DNA from: Mobula hypostoma
Lineage: Eukaryota
NCBI RefSeq assembly: GCF_963921235.1
Contig: NC_086097.1
Span: 197,286,001-197,350,000, forward strand
DNA: 64,000 nt
Direction: 5' to 3'
The position numbers were made by a program, and so were the translations under genes. A model generated the notes under the pieces. It made no database searches. It saw only the letters and a list, made by a program, of their open reading frames with translations, and was not told the origin of the DNA. Of this stretch, positions 11,965 through 25,560 are shown piece after piece; the stretch's first letter is position 1; every line of letters begins with the position of its first letter.

Positions 11965-12490
11965 TATTGTCAACAGTTTTGGGCCCCTTATCTCAGAAAG
12001 GATATATTGTTATTAGAGAGAGTTCAGAGGAGGTTTATGAGGATGATTTCGGATGAAGAGGTTAACATTTAAAGAGTGCTTGGCAGTTTTGGGCCTGTAC
12101 TCACTGGAATTTAGAAGAATGCATGAGGATCTCATTGAAATCCCTTGAATGATGAAAGGACTAGATAGGGTGGATGTGGAGGGGATGTTTCCTCTGGTGG
12201 GGGTATCCAGAACTAGAAGGTACAGCCTTAAAATTCAAGGGTGACCTTTTAGAATGGAAGTAAGGAGTAATTTTTTTTAGCCAAGGAGTGGTGAATCTAT
12301 GGATTGCTCTGCCACAGACTGCGGTGGAGATCAAGTCTGTGGGTATAGTCAAGTATCGGGGCATCAAGGGATATGGTAAGTGGGCAGTTGCATGGGGTTG
12401 AATGGGATCCGGGATCAGCCATGATGAAGAGGCGGAGTGCGCTCGATGGGCTGAATGGCCTAATTTTGCTCCTATGTCTTATGGTCTTGT
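11965..12490 (+). mobile_element. CR1 LINE 3' fragment
   Basis: QFWAPYLRKDILLLERVQRRF-type coding remnant, a CR1 3' UTR and a TGTCTTATGGTCTT tail. Confidence 0.8.
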
Positions 12491-13775
12491 GTACCATGAC
12501 ATTCTCTTATCTCATTTCTTCTATAACCCAGTTGTACTCCACTCTTTCACTTGATAATTGCTGCTTCTAAATGACTCCTTAGCCGTTTGTTCGTTCAACT
12601 TTGTGCATCTCATTATTGTGTTGCAGCTATATGGATATTAATTCCAGCTGTAAATGCAGGGTGTGTCTTCGTTAAAATGGTATGTGTTGGATTATTATCA
12701 GGCAGAAAGTCTTCCAATTGTCACGGATAATATGATTCCTCAGCAATTTAAAAAAAAATCTGTCACTTTATTTACAATCCAGTGTGAACTGATGGAAAAG
12801 CAATAAATCTCTTTACATTAAAAACAGGAAATACTTGGTAAACTTTGCAGTTTGGGCAGCGTCTGGAGAGCAAAGTTATCAATACTGTAGATTGATGGAT
12901 TGATTTTTTTTCATCAGTAATATACCATGTTGGAGACCTCTTTTGTCAGCCTGGCACCAATATTGTTGCACCCATTAAAGTGTGACTGTTTAATAATTTA
13001 GTTGATGTTTCTGGAGGAGTGTGAGTCAACGGCAGATGAAGAAGATTGTAGGGGGTGATATGAAACATAGAACACAGCTGTTGCTGGAAATCTGAAATGC
13101 AAGAGAATGCTAGAAATCATAAGAAAATAAAAACATGAAAAAATGAATAAGAAAGAGTCCATGTGACCCGTCCAGCATACTCCACCATTTATCGATTGTA
13201 TTTAGACTTTTCCTTCAATGCTATTTTCCTCTTGCCTCTTTATCCTTTGTTTAATTTAATATCCAGAAATCTATCAGTCTCTGATTTGAATGAATTCCAT
13301 GAATGAGTTTTGCTTTATGGCTCACTAAGCTAAAAATTTCCTTTTGACAGAGGAAATTTTTACCTTAATTTAATTCAGCCACCTATTCCAGGATGTGAGC
13401 CTTTGGCGTGGTGAAATATTCTCCCCGTGTCCAGCTTGTTGAGCCTTCATGGAAGTTTTAAGTAAAGCAGATTTACTCAGTTTTTATGTCCTCTTGTGCT
13501 AAAGATCGAATTATCACTTGTCCTGGAGCTGAAGCTTTAACCTTCTCTTTCCATGGGAGTGGCCTGACCTGCTGAATATTTCCAGTGTTTCCTATTTTTA
13601 TTTTAGGTTTCCTGCTTCTGCTTTTTAAAAAAATTTCATCTTCCATCCTGCATCTGCTTGTTGGCTTTGAGTGATTTGGCTTCCTTTTAATATTGAGTCA
13701 GTATTACCACAGTTATCACCATTTACTTTCATCAGAGTGGATAACCTTACACTTTCCCACATTTATATTTCAGCT

Positions 13776-14024
13776 CACAACACACTGGAGGAACTCAGCA
13801 GGTCGAGCAGCATCCAGTTTTCAGCTGGAACCTACCAGTCTTCTCCTTCTCACCCTCCCCCCACCTTCTTTATAGGGCCTCTGCCCCTTCCCTCTACAGT
13901 CCTGACGAAGGGTTCCAGCCGGAAACGTTGACTGATCGTTTCCACGGATGCTGCCCAACCTGCTGAGTTCCTCCAGCGTGTTGTGAGTGTTGCTTTGACC
14001 CCAGCATCTGCAGATTATTTTGTG
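13776..14024 (+). mobile_element. Penelope-like pseudo-LTR insertion with an inverted 5' partial copy and a hammerhead motif
   Basis: Perfect 14-bp TSD TTTATATTTCAGCT (13762-13775, 14025-14038). 42-bp inverted repeat 13774-13815 vs 13946-13987. CTGACGA...GAAA core at 13902-13925. Confidence 0.8.
13897..13934 (+). ncRNA. Minimal type I hammerhead ribozyme motif (Penelope-associated), probably impaired
   Basis: CAGUC-CUGACGA-A-GGG-UUCCAG-CCG-GAAA-CGUU-GACUG. Perfect 5-bp stem I, both core boxes, palindromic minimal stem III (AACGUU), GUU cleavage triplet. There is a G.G mismatch at the base of stem II. Confidence 0.65.
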
Positions 14025-16675
14025 TTTATATTTCAGCTGCAGTGTTCTTGTTCTTGGCATCGTATGCTTGTATTTCCATTCAGCCTGTTTTCATTCTCCT
14101 TGCCACTCACAATCCAGTTATATAACTTAGTTAATATCATCGGTAAATTTGGAAATATAATTTCTGGTACCGAGGCAGAAAATATTGATATAGGCAGTGA
14201 ATAGTTGGTCCTGAGTTCTGATCACTATGATATTGTATTAGTTGGCAGGACTGTAGGCTTTTCCCAGGTGAGGGGGAAGGTAGGTGAACTCGTGTCTGCA
14301 TACCTTGACTCCACTGAACTTGTGATCGTCTTGACTTTATTTTGTCCCTCTTGGTTCACAGCCACTTACCTTAACCCCTCACCTGGTCTCACCTATCACC
14401 TGTCAGTTTGTACCTCTCCTCATCCTCTTCCAGGAACATCGAATGTTTATTTCTTTCCATACATTGTGTATGTTGTTCAAGATTTCCAGCATCTGCACAA
14501 TCTTGTGTGTGTCAGTAAGGGGCCCATTTTGAAACTTGTTGATCTTTTCCATTTAATTTTTTAAGGTACCCTTGCACCCTGTTTTAATGCATCTTGGCAG
14601 CTTGCTTCCATATTCTTTGTTGCTTTCTTTTATCAAATTCTTGGCTCACCTTGTCACCTTTTTCATGTAAATTTACAGGTGGATGACCTTGCATAAGAAC
14701 TGGTTTGTTCTGACATGGACAAAATGTGCCAATTTTCTAAAATTATTCAGTATAGTTTTGCATCATGCACACGTAGAGGATTAAGTTCTATTTCTTAAGT
14801 TTATGTTGGGTTTTGTTAGGGCATGACCATTCATTAGGATTTCAGTGCCCCCTAGGGGAAGTGATGGCAATAATAACTATTCTGAGATGTCCTTTTGTAA
14901 CTTAGCAGATGAATGATTAAATATGATTAGTTTCTCTGATTAAAACCAGGCTCCTTGTATAATAGGTATCTATGGAAGTATGTGATTTATTGTCCCCCAA
15001 ACTGTTGGCTAGATGAAGCTTAAGTGTATGGGATAATGCAATTCTGAAAGTCTGCTACGAATAGTTATTTTGTAATAGCATAAACACCTATATAAGCCAT
15101 ATAACCATATAACAATTACAGCCCGGAAACAGGCCATCTCGGCCCTTCCAGTCCGTGCCGAACTCTTACTCTCACTTAGTCCCACAGACCTGCGCTCAGC
15201 CCATAACCCTCCATTCCTTTCCTGTCCATATAGCTGTCCAATTTAACTTTAAACAACATCAAACCTGCCTCAACCACTTCTGCTGGAAGCTCGTTCCACA
15301 CAGCTAACACTCTCTGAGTAAAGAAGTTCCCCCTCAAGTTACCCCTGAACTTTTGCCTTTTAACTCTCAACTCATGTCCTCTTGTTTGAATCTCCCCTGC
15401 TCTCAATGGAAAAAACCTATCCACGTCAACTCTGTCTAACCCCCCATAATTTTAAATACCTCTATCAAGTCCCCCCTCAACCTTCTACGTTCCAAAGAAT
15501 GAAGACCCAACTTGTTCAACCTCTCTCTGTAACTTAGGTGATGAAAGCCAGGTAACAATCTAGTAAATCTTCTCTGTACTCTCTCTATTTTATTGACATC
15601 TTTCCTATAATTCGGTGACCAAAACTGTACACAATACTCCAAATTTGGCCTCACCAATGCCTTGTACAATTTCAACATTACATCCCAACTCCTATACTCA
15701 ATGCTCTGATGTATAAAGGCCAGCATACCAAAAGCTTTCTTTACCACCCTATCCACATGAGATTCCACCTTCAGGGAACTATGCACCATTATTCCTAGAT
15801 CGCTCTGTTCCACTGCATTCTTCAATGCCCTAACATTTACCATGTATGTCCTGTTTTGATTAGTCCTACCAAAATGTAGCACCTTACATTTTTCAGCATT
15901 AAACTCCATCTGCCATCTTTCAGACCACTCTTTGAACTGGCCTAAATCTCTCTGCAAACTTTGAAAACCTGCTTCATTATCCACAACGCCACCTATCTTA
16001 GTATTATCTGCATACTTACTCATCCAATTTACCACCCCATCATCCAGATCATTAATGTATATGACAAATAACATTGGACCCAGCACAGATCCCTGAGGCA
16101 CACCACTAGTCACCGGCCTCCAATCTGAAAAACAGTTATCCACCACTACTCTCTGGTGTCGCCCATCCAGCCACTGCTGAATCCATTTTACTACTTCAAT
16201 ATTAATACCTAATGATTGAACCAACCTTCCTAACCAACCTTCCGTGTGGGACCTTGTCAAAGGCCTTACTGAAGTCCATATAAACAACATCCACCACTTT
16301 ACACTCGTCAACGTTCCTCTTCAAAAAATTCAATAAGATTTGTCAAACATGACCTTCCTTGCACAAATCCATGTTGATTGTTCCTAATCAGACCTTGTCT
16401 ATCCAAATGATTATATATACCATCTCTAAGAATACTTTCCATCAATTTACCCACCACTGACGTCAAGCTCACAGGCCGATAATTGCTCGGCTTACTCTTA
16501 GACCCCTTTTTAAACAATGGAACAACACGAGCAATACGCCAATCCTCCGGCACCATCTCGGTTTCTAATGACATTTGAAATATTTCTGTCAGAGCCCCTG
16601 CTAATTCCACACCAATTTCCCTCAAGGTCCTAGGGAATATCCTGTCAGGACCCAGAGACCTATCCACTTTTATAT

Positions 16676-17596
16676 AGACAATTGACAATAGATGCAGGAG
16701 TAGGCCATTTGACCCTTTGAGCCAGCACCGCCATTCACTGTGCTCATGGCTGATCATCCACTATCAGTATCCAGTTCCTGCCTTATCCCCATAACCTTTG
16801 ATTCCGCTATCTTTAAGAGCTCTATCCATCTCTTTCTTGAAAACATCCAGAGACTTGGCCTCTGCAGCCTTCTGGTGCAGAGCATTCCATACATCCGCCA
16901 CTCTGTGGGTGAAAAAGTTTTTCCCCAACTCCGTTCTAAATGGCCTACCCCTTATTCTTAAACTGTGGCCTTTGGTTCTGGACTCACCCATCAGCGGGAA
17001 CATGCTTCCTGCCTCCAGCGTGTCCAATCCCTTAATAATCTTATATGTTTCAATAAGATCCCCTCTCAGCCTTCTAAATTCCAGAGTATACAAGCCCAGT
17101 CGCTCCAATCTTTCGACATATGACAGTCCCGCCATCCCGGGAATTAACCTTGTGAAACTACGTTGCACTCCCTCAATAGCAAGAATGTCCTTCCTCAAAT
17201 TTGGAGACCAAAACTGCACACAATACTTCAGGTGTGGTCTCACCAGGGCCCTGTACAACTGCAGAAGGACCTCTTTGCTCTTATACACAATTCCCCTTGT
17301 TATGAAGGCCAACATGCCATTAGCTTTCCTCATAGCCTGCTGTACTTGCATGCTTACTTTCAGTGACTGATGTACAAGAACACCTAGATCTCATTGTACT
17401 TCCCTTTTTCCTAACTTGACTCCATTTAGATAATAATCTGCCTTCCTGTTCTTAGCACCAAAGTGGATAACCTCACACTTATCCACATTAAACTGCATCT
17501 GCCATGCATCTGCCCACTCACCCAGCCTGTCCAAGTTACCCTGCATTCTCGTAACATCCTCCTCACATTTCACAGTGCCACCCAGCTTTGTGTCAT
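16676..17596 (-). mobile_element. 5'-truncated CR1 of a second subfamily nested in the host CR1
   Basis: Splits the host sequence CCACTTTTATAT|TCCTTAAAAGC. ORF 16764..17351 is a CR1 C-terminus, and it has its own (TATTGTC)n tail. Explains chimeric ORFs 17391..17756 and 16308..16757. Confidence 0.85.
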
Positions 17597-18615
17597 TCCT
17601 TAAAAGCTCCAGTACTTCCTCTTCTTTAATCATCATAGCTTCCATAACTTCCCTACCCGTTTCCCTTGTCTTACACAATTCAATATCCTTCTCCTTAGTG
17701 AATACCGAAGAAAAGAAATTGTTCAAGATCTCCCCCATCTGTTTGGCTCCATACATAGCTGTCCACTCTGATTCTCTAAGGGACCAATTTTATCCTTCAC
17801 TATCCTTTTGCTATTAATATAACGGTAGAAACCCTTGGGATTTATTTTCACCTTACTTGCCAAAGCAACCTCGTATCTTCTTTTAGCTTTTCTAATTTCT
17901 TTCTTAAGATTCTTTTTACATTCTTCATATTCCTCGAGCACCTCATTTACTCCATGCTGCCTATATTTATTGTAGATATCTCTCTTTTTCCAAACCAAGT
18001 TTCCAATATCCCTTGAAAACCATGGTTCTCTCAAACTTTTAACCTTTCCTTTCAACCTAACAGCAACATAAAGATTCTGTGCTCTCAAAATTTTACCTTT
18101 AAATGACCTCCATTTCTCTATTACATTCTTCCCATAAAACAAATTGTCCCAATCCACTCCTCCTAAATCCTTTCGCTTCTCCTCAAAGTTAGCCTTTCTC
18201 CAATCAAAAATCTCAACCCTGGGTCCAGACCTATTGTTCTCCATTACTATATTGAAACTAACAGCATTGTGATCACTGGACTCAAAGTGCTCCCCAACAT
18301 CAAACCTCCATCACCTGACCTATCTTATTCCCTAACAGGAGATCCAAGACTGCCCCTTCTCTCGTTGGTACCTCTATGTATTGCTGCAAAAAACTATCCT
18401 GCACACAATTTACAAACTCCAAACCATCCAGCCCTTTTACAGTATGGGCTTCCCAATCTATGTGTGAAAAATTAAAATCTCCCACAATCACAACCTTGTG
18501 CTTACTACCAATATCTGCTATCTCCCTACAAATTTGTTCCTCCAGTTCTCGCTCTCCATTTGGTGGTCTATAATACACCCCCATAAGAGTTACTACACCT
18601 TTCCCATTCCTCAAT

Positions 18616-21600
18616 TTTTTTTTTATAATTTTTTTTATATTTATATCAATATGTGTAATAAGAATCAAACTATTAACCAAACTAAACAGTATATCAATAA
18701 TAATAATTTTAAAAAAACTAAATGTTAAAGCTATTTTATTTGGAAAAAAAAGGAAAAAAGAACCCCTGCTAACTTAAACAAAAAAAACCCCAGCTAACAA
18801 ACAAAAAAGAAACGAGAAAAAACACCGATTTGGGGCAGAAACCCGGAGCTATATGCCATACAAGCTTCTATAAGAAAAGACATCAATCCGCCAACCAAAT
18901 CCATTTACCCAAGAATCAGAAGGGAACCATCTTAATTAACTCAAATCAAATGATAGTAGCAGGCAAAAGAGCCCCACCTTTTCTCAAAGTCAAATCGAGG
19001 ATCAAAAGTTCGACTTCTGATTTTTTCCAAAGTAAGACATAACATCACCTGAGAGAACCATTGTATCGAAGTGGGAGCAGAAGCATCTTTCCATTTTAAT
19101 AAAATAGTCCTTTTAGCCAATAATGTAAGAAATGCAATTACATATTGATCTGATAATGAAATACCATGAATATATTGAGGAGTTATACCAAACAAAACTG
19201 TCAATTTATTAGGTTGTAAATTAATTTTTAAAACTTTAGAAATTGTAGAAAAAATAGATTTCCAAAACTGTTTCAGTGCAGAACATGACTAAAGCATATG
19301 TGTCAATATAGCTATCTCAGTTTTACATCTATCACACTGACTATTAACATTAGGAAATATTTTAGACAGTCTCTCCTTTGTCAAATAATAACGATGTACA
19401 ATTTTAAATTGAATCAAAGATTGGCGCAAATCGAAGAAGAGTTAACCAGCTTCAAAATTCGCAACCAATCCTCTGTTATCAAGGTCATGTTAAGCTCTCT
19501 TTCCCAATCTTGCTTAATCTTAAATAGAGGATAATTATCCTGTTGTAATAGTAAATTATAAATTTTCCCAATAAAACCTTTCACTAAAGGGTTGATTTTT
19601 AAAATAGTGTCTAACAGGTTAGAATCTTGTATATATGGAAAATTACTTAAATATTCATGTAAAAAAATGCCTGACCTGAAGATATTGCAAAAAGTATGAG
19701 TATGAAAGAGAGTATTTAGTTACTAATTTCTCAAAGGACATCAATTGGCCTTCCTGAAACAAATCCATAAAGGAAAAAATTCCTTTATTCCTCCAAAGAG
19801 AAAAGGTAGGATAACTAAGTGAAGGTTTAAATAAATAGTTTCGATAAATTAAACTAAGAAGGTTAAAATTTTTTAAGATTAAAAATCTTACGAAACTGGT
19901 ACCAAATTCGTAATGACTGCTTAATCATATGATTAATATTTAAAATAGAAATTTTGGCTAGTTGTACGGGTTAAGAAGCTCCTAATAACGAATTTAAGTA
20001 AAATTGTTTCACAGCTTTCAATTCCAAGTCAACCCATGGTGGACGTTCATTTTTATCGGTCCAATATAACCAAGAACACGCATAGCGTATATTAACCGCC
20101 CAATAATACATTCTTAAATTAGGCAAAGCAAGACCTCCATCCTTTTTTAATTAAATGACGTTTTCCAATTCTTGGTCTTTTATTATTCCAAACAAAAGAT
20201 GAAATAATAGAGTCAACCTGATCTAAAAACTTCTTGGTTAAAAAAAAAAGGAATATTTTGAAATACATATAAAAATTTTGGTGAGATTATCATTTTAACT
20301 GCATGAATTCGAACAACTAACGAAAAGTGTAAGAGGATTCCATCTGGAAAATAATTGTTTCATAAAATCCACTGAGGGAACTAAATTAGCTCTATAAAGG
20401 TCTCCATAATTTTTGGTGATGATAATACCTAAATATTTAAAAGAATCCGTAACTTTAAAAGGAATATCATCATATATAAAAGCAGAATCATTTAAATGAA
20501 ATAATTCACTTTTATGCAGGTTTAATTTATATCCTGAAAACTTTCCAAATTCATTTAATAATTTCAATAAACTAGGAATAGATTCTTCAGGATTCGAAAC
20601 ATAAACTAAGAGATCATAAGCATAAAGGGAAATCTTTTAAATAATCCCATTTATGGAAATTCCTTGAATATCCTTAGCTTAATGAAGTGCAATGGCCAAA
20701 GGTTCCAGCACCAAATTGAATAACAAAGGACTTTACGGACATCCTTGTCTCGTACCCTGCAAAAGTCGAAAAAAGGGGGATGTACAGTTATTAGTAATCA
20801 CAGTGGCAATACGGCTTTTATATATCATTCTAATCCACTTATTAAAATTAGTACCAAAGCCAAATTTCTCTAAAACGTTAAATAAGTATTTCCATTCAAC
20901 TCTATCAAATGCCTTTTCAGCATCAAAAGAAACAACACATTGGGGAGTTTTCGAGGGGGATGAGTGTATAACATTTAACAGTCTCCAAGTATTAGAAAAA
21001 GAATAATGGCCTTTTATAAAACCTGTTTGGTCCTGAGAAATAATTTTAGCTAGTATATTCTCCAACCGATCCGCCATTATTTTTGAAAGAATTTTGGCAT
21101 CTACATTTAAGAATGAGATAGGTCTATATGAAGCACAATCCGTAGGGTCTTTATCTTTCTTAAGAATTAAAGAAATAGAAGCTTCATAAAATGTAGAAGG
21201 TAACTCTCCTAACAAAAAAGAATCTTTAAACATTTCCAACATGTAAGGAATAAGCAAATCTTCAAATTTTTATAAAGTCCTACAGAAAAACCATCTAGTC
21301 CAGGAGCTTTACCAGATTGCGTTGAAAAAATAGCTTTCTGAATTTCTCTTTCAGTAAAAGGAGTATCAAGAATTTGTTGATCTTCAGCAGATACTCCAGG
21401 AAAATCAATCTTTTGTAAAAAGGCATTCATTTTAGAAGGATCAGCTGGAAACTGAGATTTATAAAGTTCACTGTAATGGTCTTGAAAAATTTTATTAATA
21501 TCTTCATAGTTACAAGCTAAACTACCATCTCCCTTACGATTTTTAAAAATTTGTCTTTTAGCTCTAACTGCTTTTAGTTGGGATGCTAGTAGCTTATTAC

Positions 21601-24083
21601 TTTTATCTCCAAACACATAAAATTGACTTTTTAATTTAAGCAAATTTCTTTCAATTGGATAAGTTAAGCTTAAAGGTGCATGATCTGAGACAGAATAGCA
21701 TCATATTCACATTTCTGGACTTTGAACAAAAATCGGAAATCAGCTATAAAATAATCAATTCGTGAGTATTTTTTATAGACATGTGAATAAAAAGAATAAT
21801 CTCTATCATTAGGATGTAGATTTCTCCAGATTTCTATCAATCCATAATCAATTAAAAAGGAATTAGTAAGTGATGCTGAACAACTCGGAAGCTGCTGATT
21901 GGTTGAACTCTTGTCAATCAAAGGGTTTAAACAACAGTTGAAGTCACCTCCCATCAGCAGCATATATTCATTTAAGTACATTTTTTAAAAAAGGATCATC
22001 TACATTAGGTCCATATAGATTAATCAAGACAATTTTTCTATCACAGATTGTTCTTTCGATAATTAAAAGTCTACCATTGATATCTGAGACGATATCTTCT
22101 TGGATAAATAAGATATTAGTTTTAATAAAAATAGATTCTCCCTTTGTTTTATTTTGATAAGTAGCATGATATTGAAGGCCCTTCCACGTTTTAAAAGATC
22201 TATTTTGATCGCCCATTCTGATATCTGTTTCTTGAACAAAAATTATATCGGGCTGGAATCGATTAATAACTTTAAAAGTCTTCTTTCGCTTAATAGGGTG
22301 ATTCCAGCCATGTACGTTCCAACTAATAGGGTTTATCTGTTTAATAACCATAGAATATTGTTTTAAACACGAAAATACACGCATACTATCGTGAGCTAAT
22401 CAAAAATGGCGGTGATGAATATAACCATATCGAAAACACGCATGCTCCAGAGCTCTATAATGGGGAAAAAACCTGAAAAAGAAATCCTATAATAAACCCC
22501 AAAATGAAAAAAAAACCCAAATCCTCCCCCCATCCCAAAAGGTAGAAATCCGGCAAAAAGGAAAGAAAAAGCCGGAATGCCTCCCCAAAGAAAAGAGAAA
22601 AGAAGAACTCTGCATGCGACTCCATATAAATAGTGATTTAAAACTTTTTCTCCCAATTCCCCCCCTCCCTTTTACAAAGAAATCACGTGACCCTAACATA
22701 AGAAAGCTCAGCAGAGAAACAGAAAAAAGATGTTTAAAGTTAATTATTGAAAATAAACTAGGAATGCAAAAACAGTCTCCTGAGGTGTCAAAACAACGCT
22801 ATTAAACCTAATACATTCTCACACAAGAAAAAGACACCATTATTCCTTTAGCTTAACACTAAAGCTAATTATCTATTCTAAACACTCCAGTATATAAGAA
22901 AGAGTCTATATAAGCTATGAAAGCTATCACTTAATTAATAAAAGAAAAGAAAGAAGCAGATAATCAAGCCAGTTAATAATCTGTCCATTGTGTTAGTTCA
23001 CTCCATATACCAAACAGACTTCAAAAAAGTCATTCGTTAGTCGAACCAAGAAGTTCACCTCTTCTTTAAATAGTTCAATGATCAAAGGAAATCTTCAGCA
23101 TATCAAAAATCTTCAAAGCCTGCTTTCTTTCAGAAAATTATTCAGCAACCCAAATATTCTTCATGCGTCAGCCAACTCCACGACAGTTAACAAAGTCCAA
23201 TGCTGCTTGGGAATCCGAACACACACAAGGTGTAGAATCTTTAGGAAATAATTTTAATCTTGCGGGGAAGCGAAGCAATGGAAAAAGTCCCTTTTCATAA
23301 GCAGTTTTCACCGCTGGGACAAATTTGATCTGCTGTTCCATAATTTCCCGTGGATAATCTTCGTAAAAACGGATCTCGGAACCGTTAAATTAAAAAAAAC
23401 TCCGTTTCCTTTCATATTTTATGATATGGTCTTTAACTTTAAAGCGAAGAAAGTTGACCAAAATAGGGCGAGATTTACCTGAGGTCTGAGAATTTGATAT
23501 GAAAATTCTGTGAGCTCTTTCAATATCAGGAAGTTGAGGAAGAATATCTGGAAACAAAGATTGAAACAAATTGGCAAAATAGTCCAATAAATTCCCACTC
23601 TCAGAACCTCCCTTGAGTCCGATAATTCGTATATTATTCCGACGAGACTTCGCCTCTAAATCGACAATTTTATGTTCAGCCTGTTCCAGGCAGGTTGAAA
23701 TATCCACAATCTGACATTTCGATTCTTTAAACTCAGTATTCAAGGAAATAATGTTTTCCTCAATAGTCTGAAAACTCTGTTGGAATGACTTCAACTCAGA
23801 AGTGTTATTGTCTATTTTGTTGTCGAGAGCCATCAACGCATGTTCCAAACACTCAGCCCAGACAGGCATATCTTTCGATTTTTCTTTCAAAGTTTTTCCC
23901 TTTCCATTGCTGGATTCAAAAGGCAACTTTCCACTTCTTAAAGGATATGACATATTGATAACTATTTCCTTCTAAGATCCGAGAAATAAAAGTTAAAAAT
24001 TCAAGGGTTAAACTGGGGAAGCGGAGGAATTAAATGCAGCTGCAAAATTTATGTATTGCTCCATCGAGCCGCAGGCGGAAGTC
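18616..24083 (-). mobile_element. L1-clade LINE with both ends, inactivated (ORF1, spacer, ORF2)
   Basis: TSD CCTCAAT(T) at 18609-18615 and 24084-24090, with a poly(A) tail. ORF1 23390..23953 (DLEAKSRRNNIRIIGL, IERAHR). ORF2 endonuclease (SWNVHG, GGDFN, SRIDY, SDH), RT (YRPIS, DAEKAFDRVEW, GTRQGCP) and C-terminus. Frameshifts and an internal deletion near 21663. Confidence 0.92.
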
Positions 24084-24203
24084 CCTCAATTCCACCCAAA
24101 TATACTCCCTCGACGAGCCCTCTAATCTATCCTGCCAGAGCACCGCTGTACTATTTTCTCTGACAAGTAATGCAACACCTCCCCCTCTTGTCCCTCCGAT
24201 TCT

Positions 24204-25560
24204 TTCTTTTTAAATATTTTTATTAATTATTACTGAAAATCAACAACAGAGAAAAATACATCAAAATAATCAAGACAACATATCCATATGTAGAATAAGA
24301 GTTAAACTATCAACCAAGCTGAACAGTATATCAATAATAATAAAAAAAAACAAGATGTTAAAGTTTTTTTTATGGAAAAAAGAAAGAAAAAAAGAACCTC
24401 TACTAACTAAAACAGAAAAAAAACCCTAATAACAAAAAAAAGGGGAGAAAAGTCCCATTTGGAGCACAAACCAGGAGCTATACGCCATACAAGCTTCAAT
24501 TAGAAAAAAGACATCAATCCGCTAACGAAATCCACATACCCAAGCATCAGAAAAGGACCATCTTTATTAACTCAAATCAAATGATAATAACGGGCAAAAG
24601 AGCCCCACCTTTTCTCGAAGTCAAATCTGGGATCAAAAGTTTGACTTCTAATTTTTTCCAAACTAAGACATAACATCACCTGAGAGAACCATTGTATCAA
24701 AGTGGGAACAGAGGCATCTTTCCATTTTAATAAAATAGTCCTAGCCAATAATGTGACAAATGCAATTGCGTATTGGTCTGATATAGAAATACGGTGAATA
24801 TATTGAGGAATTATACCGAACAAAACTGTCAATTTATTAGGTTGTAAATTGATTTTTAAAGCTTCAGAAATTGTAGAAAAAATAGATTTCCAAAATTGTT
24901 TCAATACAGAACACGACCAAAACATATGTGTCAATGTAGCTATCTTAGTTTTGCATCTGTCACACTGACTATTTACATTAGGAAATATTTTAGACAATCT
25001 CTCCTTTGTCAAATAATAACGATGTACAATTTTAAATTGAATTAGAGAATGACTGGCACAAATCGAAGAGTTAACCAGCTTCAAAATTTGCAACCAATCC
25101 TCTGTTATCAAAGTCATGTTAAACTCTCTTTCCCAATCTTGCTTAATCTTAAGTAAAGGATAGTTATCCTGTTGTAATAGTAAATTATAAATTTTCCCAA
25201 TAAAACCTTTCACTAAAGGGTTCATTTTTAAAATAATGTCTAACAGGTCAGAGTCTTGTATATATGGAAAATTACTTAAATATTCTTGTAAGAAATGTCT
25301 GACCTGAAGATATTGCAAAAAATGTGAATATGCGAGAGAGTATTACTAATTTCTCAAAGGACATCACTCGGCCTTCTTGGAACAAGTCCATAAGGAAAAA
25401 ATTCCTTTATTCCTCCAAAGAGAAAAGGTAGGATCACTAAGTGAAGGTTTAAATAAATAGTTTCGATAAATTAAACTAAAAAGGTTACATTTTTTAAGAT
25501 TAAAAAACTTATGAAACTGGTACCAGATTCGTAATGATTGATTAATCATAGGATTTATAA
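24204..25560 (-). mobile_element. 5'-truncated L1-clade LINE, same family as 18616-24083
   Basis: Perfect 16-bp TSD TTGTCCCTCCGATTCT (24188-24203, 25561-25576). ORF 24572..25318 is the ORF2 C-terminus with a CxxC...HMFWSC motif. Closely matches 18616-19935. Confidence 0.92.

Noticed and set aside
16308..17756. Apparently novel chimeric RT ORFs (16308..16757 and 17391..17756)
   Set aside because: They read through the junctions of a nested CR1-in-CR1 insertion and are not genes.
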